Positions 49,365 to 57,873 are shown, counted from the first letter of the stretch. The stretch: 64,000 bases of DNA from an uncultured Candidatus Saccharibacteria bacterium (GCA_964632215.1 CAZWBG010000001.1:46589-110588); one strand, 5' to 3'. Numbers and translations are program-made. The notes: generated from the sequence alone by a model not told the origin.

Positions 49365-49518
49365 GAATGATCACCATAAGAAGCCATCAAATCGAATGGC
49401 TTTTTGTATTTCCACCCCAGTTGATCATTTTTTAGCACAAGGTTCTGAAGTACTAAATTGAATAACTCACGCTTTTGCTCTACTTCAGAAACGGTACTAA
49501 CTAGTAAATCTTGAGGGG

Positions 49519-50499
49519 TTATTTTCTTGGCACAAAGAGTTTGTCGGTATTATGAATTACAAAGACTCGTCGCATTAAGTCTTCTTTTATATCTTTTGAA
49601 ATGCGTCCGTATTGCAGAAAACGCTCCTGTACAGCCTCTTTAAAAGAATTCTCGGTCCTAACAGATCTCCGTGACCGAGCGGTATAGGTGGTGTCATACT
49701 TATGAATGATGACATATCTACTATTAGATACATTCATCCAACTGATAATTTCTCTCCAGATGTAACTATCGGTCTCTCCCATGGATGCGCCAAAGAGAAC
49801 CACGACACTACTTAATCTAAGAGTTTTTCGAAAAGCTTCTAGTCGACCGTCATTTGCTGAATCAATTAACTTTGATTTGATAAGGTCATTCTTCTCACGA
49901 GTTGACATCCCATCATACAGTTGAGACTCATCACTCACTCCAAGTGTCATGTAAAGATCGACTGTACCGTGAAGATGTTGGGGTAATTGTAAATTGTAGC
50001 CGCGTGGTGTTAGGATTTTATCACCTGCGAGAATTTTTTCTAACGTCTTTGTATAGTTTAGTGACACGAAATTTAAGTAGACTGGTAAACTTTGCAGGAT
50101 GCCTCTAACAATGTTGTATTGACCATCGTTAAGTCCATCGAACAATCCTTTTTCGTCGGCAGCAAACTGAAATTTGTCTGGTAGGTTCTCAATAGACTTT
50201 TCTTGACTATCTAAATAGTCTGCCAGGTCATCACGAACTCTATCCAGCTCTTCGTGGAACTTAATAGACTCATCTTCGCGCTTGCTTTCGGGTAACTTTC
50301 CAATATAGGAAGTGTGTTCGCCAAGACTTCTCTCAAAATCTGACCAAGTATCAAGATTACCACTGATCTCTTTGTATATTCGGTTGCTTCCAATATGATC
50401 TTTTTCTATTACATAAGCGTAAAAATCACTATACTTTGTCTTCAGTTCAAGCGATAGATCCAGCCCATTGCCGATAATGAATGTAACTTGTGCTGCCAT
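49519..50499 (-). CDS. AbiH-like abortive infection protein
   Basis: N-terminal FIIGNGLDLSLELKTKYSDFY, WSDFERSLG, LNYTKTLEKIL, HLHGTV, VVLFGASMGETDSYIW. Collinear, from memory, with the AbiH family (PF14253). Confidence 0.65.
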   Translation of the reverse strand: MAAQVTFIIGNGLDLSLELKTKYSDFYAYVIEKDHIGSNRIYKEISGNLDTWSDFERSLGEHTSYIGKLPESKREDESIKFHEELDRVRDDLADYLDSQEKSIENLPDKFQFAADEKGLFDGLNDGQYNIVRGILQSLPVYLNFVSLNYTKTLEKILAGDKILTPRGYNLQLPQHLHGTVDLYMTLGVSDESQLYDGMSTREKNDLIKSKLIDSANDGRLEAFRKTLRLSSVVVLFGASMGETDSYIWREIISWMNVSNSRYVIIHKYDTTYTARSRRSVRTENSFKEAVQERFLQYGRISKDIKEDLMRRVFVIHNTDKLFVPRK

Positions 50500-50578
50500 A
50501 CCTTTGTCCTTAATATTTATACCATTGTAGTATGACAGATTTACATCTTATGCCAAGTTTCGTTGACCTAAATTCTTT

Positions 50579-50609
50579 CTGAAACGTGTGCATTAATCCC
50601 AGCCAAGAC
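50579..50609 (+). repeat. att-like junction copy R2 (short form)
   Basis: ctgaaacgtgtgcattaatcccagccaagac. Followed by hairpin agaacctc-tgtttt-gaggttct (50621-50642), a T-run, and TGtTATAAT (50649-50657). Confidence 0.7.
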
Positions 50610-50648
50610 ACTTGTGTTTTAGAACCTCTGTTTTGAGGTTCTTTTGTT

Positions 50649-50657
50649 TGTTATAAT
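50649..50657 (+). promoter_or_regulatory. extended -10 promoter giving a leaderless mRNA for the HIT-like gene
   Basis: TGtTATAAT; the ATG at 50665 lies 7 nt after the -10. Confidence 0.5.
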
Positions 50658-50664
50658 TTTAGTA

Positions 50665-51144
50665 ATGAATGAAATAATCCTAGAAACTGAGAATTTTGCT
50701 GTTGAAGTACCGGTGCAACCTTTTGTAAGCCGTGAAGATGGTGGACACCTACGCATCATGTCAAAGCTTGATGTGAAAGATCGTACTGAGTTAACTCTCG
50801 ATCAGACTATTGAATATGCCCTACTCACAGAAGTTGTTGGCAAGGCTCTGGAGCTAACAATGACAGATCAAGGTATAGATATTGGCAACATAAACTGGCA
50901 AGAAATGGGAAACTGGAGTGTATTTAAGCCGGAAGGAATAAGACTCCATATGCATATATTTGGTAGAGCGAAAAATGCTGAGATTCAAAAATATGGAGAA
51001 GCAGTTAAATTACCGTTTAGAGATACTGGTTTCTATGACGATTTTTATAAGTTAAGTGATGATGATATATCCAAACTTAAAATTAAAATGCGAATAATCT
51101 TACAAAACGCTAAGTTTGCTACTCTGACAGAAAAGTTGACTTAA
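50665..51144 (+). CDS. HIT (histidine triad)-like protein
   Basis: ILETENFAVEV..., GGHLRIMSK, and a triad-like RLHMHIFGR. Start trimmed from TTG 50644. Confidence 0.5.
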   Translation: MNEIILETENFAVEVPVQPFVSREDGGHLRIMSKLDVKDRTELTLDQTIEYALLTEVVGKALELTMTDQGIDIGNINWQEMGNWSVFKPEGIRLHMHIFGRAKNAEIQKYGEAVKLPFRDTGFYDDFYKLSDDDISKLKIKMRIILQNAKFATLTEKLT

Positions 51145-51171
51145 ATAAGTAACTTGGAGATTGCTGTCTTC

Positions 51172-51202
51172 CTGAAACGCTTTCATTAATCCCAGCCAAT
51201 AC
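51172..51202 (+). repeat. att-like junction copy R3 (short form)
   Basis: ctgaaacgctttcattaatcccagccaatac. About 80% identical to the R2 module over about 95 bp, including the hairpin (agaacttcc-tag-aggagttct) and TGcTATAAT (51241-51249). Confidence 0.7.
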
Positions 51203-51240
51203 GCTTACGCTTTAGAACTTCCTAGAGGAGTTCTTTTATT

Positions 51241-51249
51241 TGCTATAAT
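51241..51249 (+). promoter_or_regulatory. extended -10 promoter giving a leaderless mRNA for the HAD-like gene
   Basis: TGcTATAAT; the ATG at 51256 lies 6 nt after the -10. Confidence 0.5.
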
Positions 51250-51255
51250 GACGAT

Positions 51256-51642
51256 ATGAAAACAATACTTGTAGATGCAATCAATGGGCTCATTCTTGAA
51301 GACGGAACTATCTTTCGGAAAATGTACGAAATGCTGGAAACTTACCCCAACTCTAAGATTGTCCTCACGGGTGCAAATGATGAACAGTTTGAGAAGTTTA
51401 ACCTAGGCAAGTCGCCTTACGAAGTCTTTACGCTTAAACACAATCCAGAAAAGACAGACCCTAGCTATTTCAAAATTCTTTTAGAGAAGTTCAATCTAAA
51501 ACCGCAAGACGTTATCTACTTCGAGCATAATATCGATGCAACGAAATCAGCTGAATCCATAGGGATCAATTCATACTTCTATGACCACACAAAAGAAGAT
51601 ATCGTTGCACTTAAAGATTTTATTGACACTAATATTTCATAG
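51256..51642 (+). CDS. small HAD-like hydrolase-fold protein (degenerate motif I)
   Basis: ILVDAINGLI in place of DxDxT; VLTGAND; YFEHNIDATKSAESIGI. Confidence 0.45.
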   Translation: MKTILVDAINGLILEDGTIFRKMYEMLETYPNSKIVLTGANDEQFEKFNLGKSPYEVFTLKHNPEKTDPSYFKILLEKFNLKPQDVIYFEHNIDATKSAESIGINSYFYDHTKEDIVALKDFIDTNIS

Positions 51643-51653
51643 GCATCTTCTTT

Positions 51654-51684
51654 CTGAAACATACCCATTAGCTCCCGCTATAAC
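51654..51684 (+). repeat. att-like junction copy R4 (degenerate short form)
   Basis: ctgaaacatacccattagctcccgctataac. Followed by hairpin aatactctg-attttc-ccagagtatt, a T-run and TATACT. Confidence 0.5.
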
Positions 51685-51826
51685 ATTTATGTTTAAATAC
51701 TCTGATTTTCCCAGAGTATTTTTCGATGATATACTGCTGGTATGATTACAATAATTTTTTGGTGAAGCATTGGTTAGTAGCATTAAAGACGCTCTTCAGT
51801 AGGCTAAAATATTATAGGATAACGAT

Positions 51827-53344
51827 ATGAACAGAGCAATTGACAAAGACGTCTACGATAAATATCTGAAGAAACCATGGTATCTTCACCAACTTACAAT
51901 GTCTATCTTATTCGCGGCGTGGATTTTGATTATCCCGCCTATTATCGGAATTGCTCTGCTCATTGTGAACACCAAAGACAATAAAAAGAAAAAACAACTT
52001 CTAGCAGATCTTAGCATTGATAAAGTTATTCAGCTCGATGTTCTAGAAAAGCAAATCGCTGATAAAATAAAGCACGATAAAGCTCTCAATGCCCTTACTG
52101 AGATTAAAGGTCGTTACACATCAACTAAGGATGAATTAGATAAGCTGTCGGCTGAGATAGCAAAGAAAACGGAACATAATCAGTCGCTCACAACTCTAAG
52201 CGGTGTCCAAAAGGAACTGACTAAACTTAAAGAGCAATACAAGACAAGTAAGGAAAAACTTGCTGAGCTTGCAGGGAAGATTATCGAAGCCGAAAACGAA
52301 GTTGATCTACAAGAAGCAGGTTTTTATGGACTTGACCTTGATGTTTCAACATCTGCGGAATATAAAACAAAGATGATTGAGCTGCAAGACAAGCAAAAAG
52401 ACATGGTTAAGAGTAAGACTGCGTGTGATTTCTCTGGTAGCGTCACTTGGAATAATAGCCTGACTGACGGCAAGAAGATGGTTCGTCAAAGTATCAAAAT
52501 GAAACTATGGTCTTTCAACACTCATTGCGACAGCGTAATTACGAAAGTAACATATCGCAACCGTGCATTGTCTGAAAGAAAGATACAAAAAGCATTTGAT
52601 GTGCTTAACGCGAACGATAATCTTTCTACGATTAGCTATGATTATTTGCAGCTGAAGCTGGAAGAGCTTGGTGTCACCTTTAATTACAAAGAACAACTTA
52701 AGTATGAAAAAGAACTGTTACGTGAGCAACGCGAACAGGAGCGTGAAGAACGCAACCTTCAGCAAGAAATTGCACGCGAACGAGCCAAGATTGAAAAAGA
52801 TCAGACACATATCAACACAGAACTTGCTCGTTTACAAAAACTGCTACTTGAAGAAAGAAACGATAAGCAAACGCTACAAAAAGAAGTTGATGGGCTTGAA
52901 CAAAAACTCCAGAAACTTAATAAGCGGAAAGAAGAAGTGGACTTTCGCGAGGCGCATGCAAAAGCTGGATATGTCTATGTAATATCAAATGTCGGTGCAT
53001 TTGGTAAAGATGTTATTAAGGTTGGGGTCACTAGACGTCTTGAGCCTATTGAGCGTATTAATGAGCTTGGTGATGCGTCTGTTCCGTTCCGATTTGACGT
53101 GCATGCACTTGTCTTTTCTGATCATGCTTTTAAGCTTGAAAAAGCACTCCATGACAGATTTTCAAAACAGCGCATGAACCAAGTCAACAGTAGAAAAGAG
53201 TTCTTTAGAGTGTCGCTTGAAGAAGTGCGCAAGGCCATTACCCAAGAGTTTAATGGTAATTCCGTAGAGTTCCATATGCAGCCAGAGGCAAGAGAGTTTA
53301 GGCAAAGTATTGCGAAACTGAGACTAAAACAGCAGAGTCGATAA
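51827..53344 (+). CDS. DUF4041-like coiled-coil protein with a C-terminal T5orf172/MUG113 (GIY-YIG-like) domain
   Basis: N-terminal TM; long coiled-coil (EKELLREQREQEREERNLQQEIARERAKIEKD). C-terminal GYVYVISNVGAFGKDVIKVGVTRRLEPIERINELGDASVPFRFDVHALVFSDHAFKLEKALHDRF. Confidence 0.6.
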   Translation: MNRAIDKDVYDKYLKKPWYLHQLTMSILFAAWILIIPPIIGIALLIVNTKDNKKKKQLLADLSIDKVIQLDVLEKQIADKIKHDKALNALTEIKGRYTSTKDELDKLSAEIAKKTEHNQSLTTLSGVQKELTKLKEQYKTSKEKLAELAGKIIEAENEVDLQEAGFYGLDLDVSTSAEYKTKMIELQDKQKDMVKSKTACDFSGSVTWNNSLTDGKKMVRQSIKMKLWSFNTHCDSVITKVTYRNRALSERKIQKAFDVLNANDNLSTISYDYLQLKLEELGVTFNYKEQLKYEKELLREQREQEREERNLQQEIARERAKIEKDQTHINTELARLQKLLLEERNDKQTLQKEVDGLEQKLQKLNKRKEEVDFREAHAKAGYVYVISNVGAFGKDVIKVGVTRRLEPIERINELGDASVPFRFDVHALVFSDHAFKLEKALHDRFSKQRMNQVNSRKEFFRVSLEEVRKAITQEFNGNSVEFHMQPEAREFRQSIAKLRLKQQSR

Positions 53345-53394
53345 GCTGTGTACTCCTTTGTTTGCAAAGGTGTGACGACCGAGTCTTAGCCATT

Positions 53395-53439
53395 CTGTTC
53401 GAAATAGGTTCGAATTTCAGCGTGCAATGGAGCCAAAAG
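53395..53439 (+). repeat. att-like junction copy R4b (long form, retains a T-arm-like ggttcgaat)
   Basis: ctgttcgaaataggttcgaatttcagcgtgcaatggagccaaaag aligns with R1 ctgaaagtaggtcgaatccctccgccccagccaagac. Followed by hairpin ttatccgc-tgtg-gcggataa (53461-53480). Confidence 0.5.
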
Positions 53440-53737
53440 GTATTTATACAAACGAGGGGGTTATCCGCTGTGGCGGATAAGACACACAGTTTTGGTCAAT
53501 GCATTCAGTGTGAAAATGCTCTGTGACTATTTACAATTAACACTAGTTGTTGTATAATGTGTATTCGGTAAGATTAATTCTTGCTGACTACTATCTGAAA
53601 TATGAGGTAGTGAAGAGGGAATATTTTTCTCTTCTGTTCTTTAACGTGCTAGCTCAGTCACCTTATTTGAGGTAGGTCAATCGTCATTAAAGTAATTAAT
53701 GGTGTTTGGCCCACCTCAAAACTAACAAGGAGACACT

Positions 53738-54163
53738 ATGGGTAAGCGAATGGCAAGTGTTGCACTGGCAGTCATCACCGTCCTGGCGATGGCTAGCTGC
53801 AGCAGCGACGCTGATGTGGCATCGGACAACCTATCCAAGAAGGCCGAGCAGTTCGAGATCAACCGCCGCATCGTGTTCTTCAACGGTATCACCGACGTCT
53901 ACATGATGACCATCGAGGGCTTCTGCTCCATCGAGGCTGATGCCGCCGATACCCAGCTGGAGGTGACTTGCAAGGTGGGCGAGGATGCCTATAAGAAGCA
54001 CTTCCTTGGGCTGTCTGACAATGTCTCGTACTTTGTCGAGCAGATCGAAGCCGCTAACGTCGACGTTTACCACTACCAGGTGATTTTCAAGCCTGAAGTC
54101 ATTATTCCTGATATCCGAACGGAGACGTCTGGCGATGACGGCGGTGAGGAAGGTAGCAACTAG
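53738..54163 (+). CDS. lipoprotein (GC-rich cassette)
   Basis: Signal peptide with lipobox-like VLAMASC; SD AAGGAG; GC-richer than the flanks. Confidence 0.65.
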   Translation: MGKRMASVALAVITVLAMASCSSDADVASDNLSKKAEQFEINRRIVFFNGITDVYMMTIEGFCSIEADAADTQLEVTCKVGEDAYKKHFLGLSDNVSYFVEQIEAANVDVYHYQVIFKPEVIIPDIRTETSGDDGGEEGSN

Positions 54164-54213
54164 AGCTTCGGCTTGGTGAGCTAGCACTAAAAAATCCTAA
54201 GAAATCCTTAGGT

Positions 54214-54263
54214 CTGTACCGAAGGTATATGATGGTTACCATCGCACAATACCTTCGGTACAG
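54214..54263. repeat. 15-bp perfect inverted repeat hairpin after the lipoprotein gene
   Basis: ctgtaccgaaggtat (54214-54228) pairs with ataccttcggtacag (54249-54263). Confidence 0.6.
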
Positions 54264-54323
54264 CTAGAGTCCGTAAGTATTACTTGCGCTGATGAGATCT
54301 GAAAGATCGAAACTCAACCCTTC

Positions 54324-54353
54324 CTGAAACACATCCATTAACCTCAGCCAATA
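54324..54353 (+). repeat. att-like junction copy R5 (short form, last copy seen)
   Basis: ctgaaacacatccattaacctcagccaataa. Followed by gccaataaa...tttattggc. Confidence 0.5.
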
Positions 54354-54662
54354 AAGAAACTTACCTCGTGCGGATTTTTATTGGCTGCGCCACCAGCATG
54401 AAAATTTCGGGGCGCAGAATGTGGCTGAATCCCCTACCCAATTATGATGGTATTAAATAAAAACCTTAGTTCCCACAGAACTCTCCTGTATTGGAAGGTT
54501 ATTTTTTTATAATTCCATAAGTTGTAGTTTTCTCGTCTGCTAGGGATCGGATCTTCTAGTCCTTCATTGAAACATGGAGCCAGTCAAACACTTAGGGTAT
54601 TGGGCGGATCGAATTGCGCAAGTTTTACGTATGAGCAAGATTTGGTATACTAATAAATACTT

Positions 54663-56144
54663 ATGTTAAATATGAAAACCATACATCAATCAAAAATATA
54701 TAATACCAAAACTTTATGGTTTATCGGAGCTTTCGTTGCTACTGTTAGTTCCTTTGCGTTGCTATTCTCTATTTTTACATTACAAACGCAGGCAGCAACC
54801 GAAACAGTCTACTCAAGCGACTTTGAGACTGATACCGCAGGATGGGGAGGAAGCGGCTCTATTACCCGAGTTCCGAGTGGAACTGATGGTATTCCATCGG
54901 CTGGTGGCAACTATTTTGCTCTGGCGAGCGGTTCATATGTCGGGCCAAATACGCAACTCGGTGGCTATAGCAGTGTCTGGCCAGGAGACTGGAAAACAAG
55001 CATCGATATATACTTTGATTCAACCTGGGCTGAAGGATCAGGATTCATTTACTCAGTTGCGTCAAATAAGCCCGATGGTACACCCCTCCGCGACTTTATA
55101 TTGCAAGCTGGTGTACTTAATGATGAATCTACCGGAAATGTAAACAAATTTGTTGCCTTGGCCGACACTGCTGGTTCACCAACGAGTGATCCGCTTTACC
55201 ATATAAAGGCCATGCCTGCAGACCGACGTGCAGAGATTACCGAGGCTGGTTGGTATACTGTCGGTCACAGCTTTCAGAATATCAACGGCAGGCTGGTGGT
55301 AACGGTTACATTATCCGATTTATCGGATACACCTATTAAGTCTTGGGTTATTGACTATGACTGGGTAGATGACGTAATACCTGACGATGTTGGTGGTAAT
55401 AGGTATGGTTGGTTCACGCATGCTGTGGTGCCTGGTGGTGTCGCTATCGACAACGTGACTCGTTCGGTGAGCAATAATGAATATAGTATAGGTGATGGTG
55501 CCACGAATCCAGTTAGCGTAGCTTTGCAAGAAAATCAAACCATCACTTTCCTGGATGTGATAGACGGAGCGGTAGTCAGCCCTGTTGATATAACTGTAAT
55601 CGGGGCCTCGAACGGCGTCCAGATATTTATCCCCAGGGATACCCATATTACCGCAGACGACCCTAACTGGGATGGTGTGCTACGAGCACCAATTGTGTTG
55701 CCAGTAAAGTCGTCGATATCTCCTGAGGGCAAAAAAGTAGTAGTAGATTTGGCTGTGAAGGTTGGATCAGATACGCCCCTGCAGTTTTCTCACCCCGTTA
55801 AGCTTGTTCTTCCGGGCCAAGCGGGTAAAAACGCAGGGTTTTTAGATGAAGATCAGGTTCTGCATGTTATCAATACCCAGTGTGGTGATGATCCCGCGAC
55901 GGTGCTAGTAAACGGTATTAATGAATGTTACGTCACGGACGGCAATGACTTAGTAATTTGGACTACTCACTTTTCGACATACCTCGCATACTCGACCTCA
56001 GAAGGCTCAGGCATTACGGGCGGGCTTGCTAGTAGTGGCGTAAATACCGACTTGTATGTCACTTTGGTTGCACTGCTATTCGCGACTAGCCTGAGTTTTG
56101 TACTAACGTATACATATCTGACATTACACCGTTCTTCGCGATAA
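54663..56144 (+). CDS. secreted surface protein with a C-terminal cell-wall-sorting-like signal (LASSG)
   Basis: N-terminal signal peptide. C-terminus GGLASSGVNTDLYVTLVALLFATSLSFVLTYTYLTLHRSSR (motif, then hydrophobic stretch, then basic tail). Confidence 0.65.
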   Translation: MLNMKTIHQSKIYNTKTLWFIGAFVATVSSFALLFSIFTLQTQAATETVYSSDFETDTAGWGGSGSITRVPSGTDGIPSAGGNYFALASGSYVGPNTQLGGYSSVWPGDWKTSIDIYFDSTWAEGSGFIYSVASNKPDGTPLRDFILQAGVLNDESTGNVNKFVALADTAGSPTSDPLYHIKAMPADRRAEITEAGWYTVGHSFQNINGRLVVTVTLSDLSDTPIKSWVIDYDWVDDVIPDDVGGNRYGWFTHAVVPGGVAIDNVTRSVSNNEYSIGDGATNPVSVALQENQTITFLDVIDGAVVSPVDITVIGASNGVQIFIPRDTHITADDPNWDGVLRAPIVLPVKSSISPEGKKVVVDLAVKVGSDTPLQFSHPVKLVLPGQAGKNAGFLDEDQVLHVINTQCGDDPATVLVNGINECYVTDGNDLVIWTTHFSTYLAYSTSEGSGITGGLASSGVNTDLYVTLVALLFATSLSFVLTYTYLTLHRSSR

Positions 56145-56340
56145 TCCCCCACAGACCTTTAGACGGGGCTAGTAATTCAAATAGTTTTTCGTATTCAGAG
56201 CGTCCTGTCGTAGCTTTTGACAAGGTTGTTTTTATTGATCGGCCTTAAAAATCCTAAGGAGAGAACCCTAAACTTGCTGCTTGCTTGCAAATACACTCTC
56301 TTACATTTACACTAAGCTTAAGTAATAAGGAGTTAAGTAG

Positions 56341-57519
56341 ATGCGCTGGGTACGATCAATCTTAGCTATGTTCGGGCTCATAATCTTATCAGTATTGATG
56401 AGTAGCTTTATGACGGTTGATGCTCATGCGGCAACTCCTGGTGATGTCGGAACTTGGTCGACAGGGACACCACTTCCGTCAGTCAAAGCTTATTCGGGCT
56501 CTGTGGCCTACAACGGCTACGTGTATGTTCTCGGTGGCTTTAATGGAGATAGTACTGCTGTCTATTACGCACCACTGAACCCAGACGGTTCGGTTGGTAG
56601 CTGGGTGACTTCAAGTAATGCGTTGCCGACAGGGCTGTATGGAACTGTGGCAGTAGTTAACAACGGCTACGTATATGTTATAGGTGGATACGGTGGCTCA
56701 CATTCTAGTGATGTTTTTTATGCGCCGCTTAATAGTGATGGCTCCGTTGGTACTTGGACAGCAGGTACAGACATACCGGCTGCTATGGTGGATATCAGTG
56801 CCGCGGTCAACAACGGCTACCTCTACCTTACGGGTGGTAACGATGGAACAGGAGAATTCGAGACCGTCTATTACGCGCAGTTTAACTCAAATGGCTCGAT
56901 TAGTAACTGGACGGCCTCTGACCCTATGCCTATAGCGACGAGTGGCGCACGATCAGTAGTAGACAACAATTACCTATACGTTATTGGTGGATGGAATCTA
57001 GGAACAGCACTGGATACCGTACGGTACGCCCCCCTTAATAACGATGGCTCCGTTGGTAGTTGGCAAACAGCAGCCAATAATATGCCTGCAGGGCTGGTAA
57101 TGCCCTCGGTTGTAACCCACAGAGGTTACTTATTTGTGCTGGGTGGCTTTGATGGCTCGGCACAAGATGAGGTATATTCAGCAGCTTTCAATTCTGATGG
57201 CTCCATAGGTGACTGGTTGACTTCACCAAATAGCTTGCCAGCACCTACATACGGTGCGGCTTCCAGCGAGTACAACGGCTTCGTCTACATGATTGGTGGA
57301 GTAGTCAACTCATCAATTAGTGACAGTACTTACTTCGCGCAGCTGACTGGGCTACCGATACCCGATCCTATTCCTAGCCCTGATGTGCAGCCTACTCAGC
57401 CCATAGGTGGTGAAACGCTCGCTGACACTGGTCAAAATGCTACTCTGTTTGTGGCACTTGGACTAATAATACTAAGTGGAGGTATCCTGCTCGGTATGCG
57501 ACGACTACATCGCTCTTGA
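56341..57519 (+). CDS. Kelch-like beta-propeller surface protein with an LADTG sorting signal
   Basis: Six repeats of about 48 aa (VYYAPLNPDGSVGSWVTS, VFYAPLNSDGSVGTWTAG, VYYAQFNSNGSISNWTAS, VRYAPLNNDGSVGSWQTA, VYSAAFNSDGSIGDWLTS ...). C-terminus LADTGQNATLFVALGLIILSGGILLGMRRLHRS. Confidence 0.75.
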   Translation: MRWVRSILAMFGLIILSVLMSSFMTVDAHAATPGDVGTWSTGTPLPSVKAYSGSVAYNGYVYVLGGFNGDSTAVYYAPLNPDGSVGSWVTSSNALPTGLYGTVAVVNNGYVYVIGGYGGSHSSDVFYAPLNSDGSVGTWTAGTDIPAAMVDISAAVNNGYLYLTGGNDGTGEFETVYYAQFNSNGSISNWTASDPMPIATSGARSVVDNNYLYVIGGWNLGTALDTVRYAPLNNDGSVGSWQTAANNMPAGLVMPSVVTHRGYLFVLGGFDGSAQDEVYSAAFNSDGSIGDWLTSPNSLPAPTYGAASSEYNGFVYMIGGVVNSSISDSTYFAQLTGLPIPDPIPSPDVQPTQPIGGETLADTGQNATLFVALGLIILSGGILLGMRRLHRS

Positions 57520-57699
57520 TCTAGCCAGACTTACTTCTCTCAGATATACTGGTAGTTAGAGCGATTAAGTCCATATTTCCACTATGCCAAGTACTACTCT
57601 TCTTGGGTAACATAGCAACTGGCACGCACATAAGAATGAGTCAGTATATTGTTGGTCGAGCGAATACTGTAAAAGCAACTCAACAAAGGAACATTTACT

Positions 57700-57858
57700 A
57701 TGTCAAAAATGACAAAAGAAGAAGAAATGAACTGGTACGAACAGTCAAGAAAGCATTGGCGTTCTTGGGGTTCGTGGTTCAGCTGGGGTTCTCCTGTGGG
57801 CTTGGGTATCTTCTTACTCGCCGTTGCAGGTACCGTGTGGATTCTTGCTCAAATCTAG
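57700..57858 (+). CDS. small membrane protein (52 aa)
   Basis: My reading: MSKMTKEEEMNWYEQSRKHWRSWGSWFSWGSPVGLGIFLLAVAGTVWILAQI. AAAGGA lies 9 nt upstream and a terminator follows. I prefer it over track ORF 57603..57923. Confidence 0.45.
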   Translation: MSKMTKEEEMNWYEQSRKHWRSWGSWFSWGSPVGLGIFLLAVAGTVWILAQI

Positions 57859-57873
57859 GGCAACTAATAAATA

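Larger units (their letters stand above)
49172..54353 (+). mobile_element. tRNA-Gln-anchored cassette array delimited by repeated att-like junctions; no recombinase in window
   Basis: See the repeat features at 49328, 50579, 51172, 51654, 53395 and 54324, and the corresponding finding. Confidence 0.5.

Noticed and set aside
48984-49461. ORFs of 97, 70 and 67 aa overlapping tRNA-Gln and the first att-like remnant
   Set aside because: They overlap a well-folded tRNA, its terminator and the duplicated tRNA 3' end. There are no coding signals.
49172-54353. Classical integron or CALIN (attC cluster)
   Set aside because: No intI gene is present. The junctions lack the R''/L''-L'/R' organisation and the GTTRRRY core of attC sites; instead they derive from a tRNA 3' end. 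Promoters lie inside the junctions. I report this as integron-like only by analogy.
49172-54353. Prophage or ICE at tRNA-Gln
   Set aside because: There are no integrase, capsid, terminase, portal, replication or conjugation genes. The multiple internal att-like copies argue for serial small insertions rather than one large element.
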